The position numbers and the translations under genes are program-made. From NCBI RefSeq assembly GCF_036365525.1, contig NC_090412.1:19505923-19569922 (forward strand): DNA of 64,000 bases, given 5' to 3'. A model generated the notes under the pieces. It worked only from the letters and a program-made list of their open reading frames with translations. It ran no database searches and was not told the DNA's origin. Shown here piece by piece: positions 63,832 through 64,000 of the stretch; positions within the stretch are counted from its first letter, which is position 1; every line of letters begins with the position of its first letter. The DNA is from Heterodontus francisci. Lineage: Eukaryota.

Positions 63832-64000
63832 GTAAGTGGCGATCCCTTATGCTGGAAGTGCTTTATTTAATCTTGACTGAACTTATTTGGGAGGGGAGGG
63901 GAGTCTTTTTTGTCTGCTTTTGAGATGAATCGAGCCAAAGGAGGGGAGAAAAAATTAGCACCAAAGGTTGTGTCTTTTCTCCCCTCAGAGCGCGCATGTT

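Noticed and set aside
1-64000. CRISPR array, rRNA or prokaryote-type system
   Set aside because: No repeat-spacer array, rRNA-like sequence or operon structure; this is intron-containing vertebrate DNA

Overview
Eukaryotic genomic DNA from a cartilaginous fish, most likely a shark, judged from HE1-type and Deu-domain SINEs, CR1 LINEs and vertebrate gene structures. It holds four genes in the order known from the human 10q11.22 block: a 2-exon BMP9/BMP10-family gene in the GDF2 position (+, 18862-20664, ~430 aa); a 4-exon, four-module RBP3/IRBP (+, 35164-46911, ~1214 aa); a PR/SET-domain zinc-finger gene in the ZNF488 position, a PRDM8 paralog (-, 56699-52566, ~544 aa); and the first coding exon of an anthrax-toxin-receptor-family gene (+, 63686-63831). 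The rest is mostly decayed mobile DNA: SINEs, CR1s, two solo LTRs, a Gmr1-like Gypsy element in RBP3 intron 2, a bipartite RTE element with a 12-bp TSD, a Harbinger transposase relic, MITEs and Penelope-like fragments with minimal hammerhead ribozyme motifs. I found no convincing wholly new biological system. The best leads are the BMP9/BMP10-mosaic ligand, the PR-domain-retaining ZNF488, the ribozyme motifs, the retroelement just behind an RBP3 splice donor, and several local duplications. Family assignments and comparisons with human proteins come from recalled sequences, not database searches.
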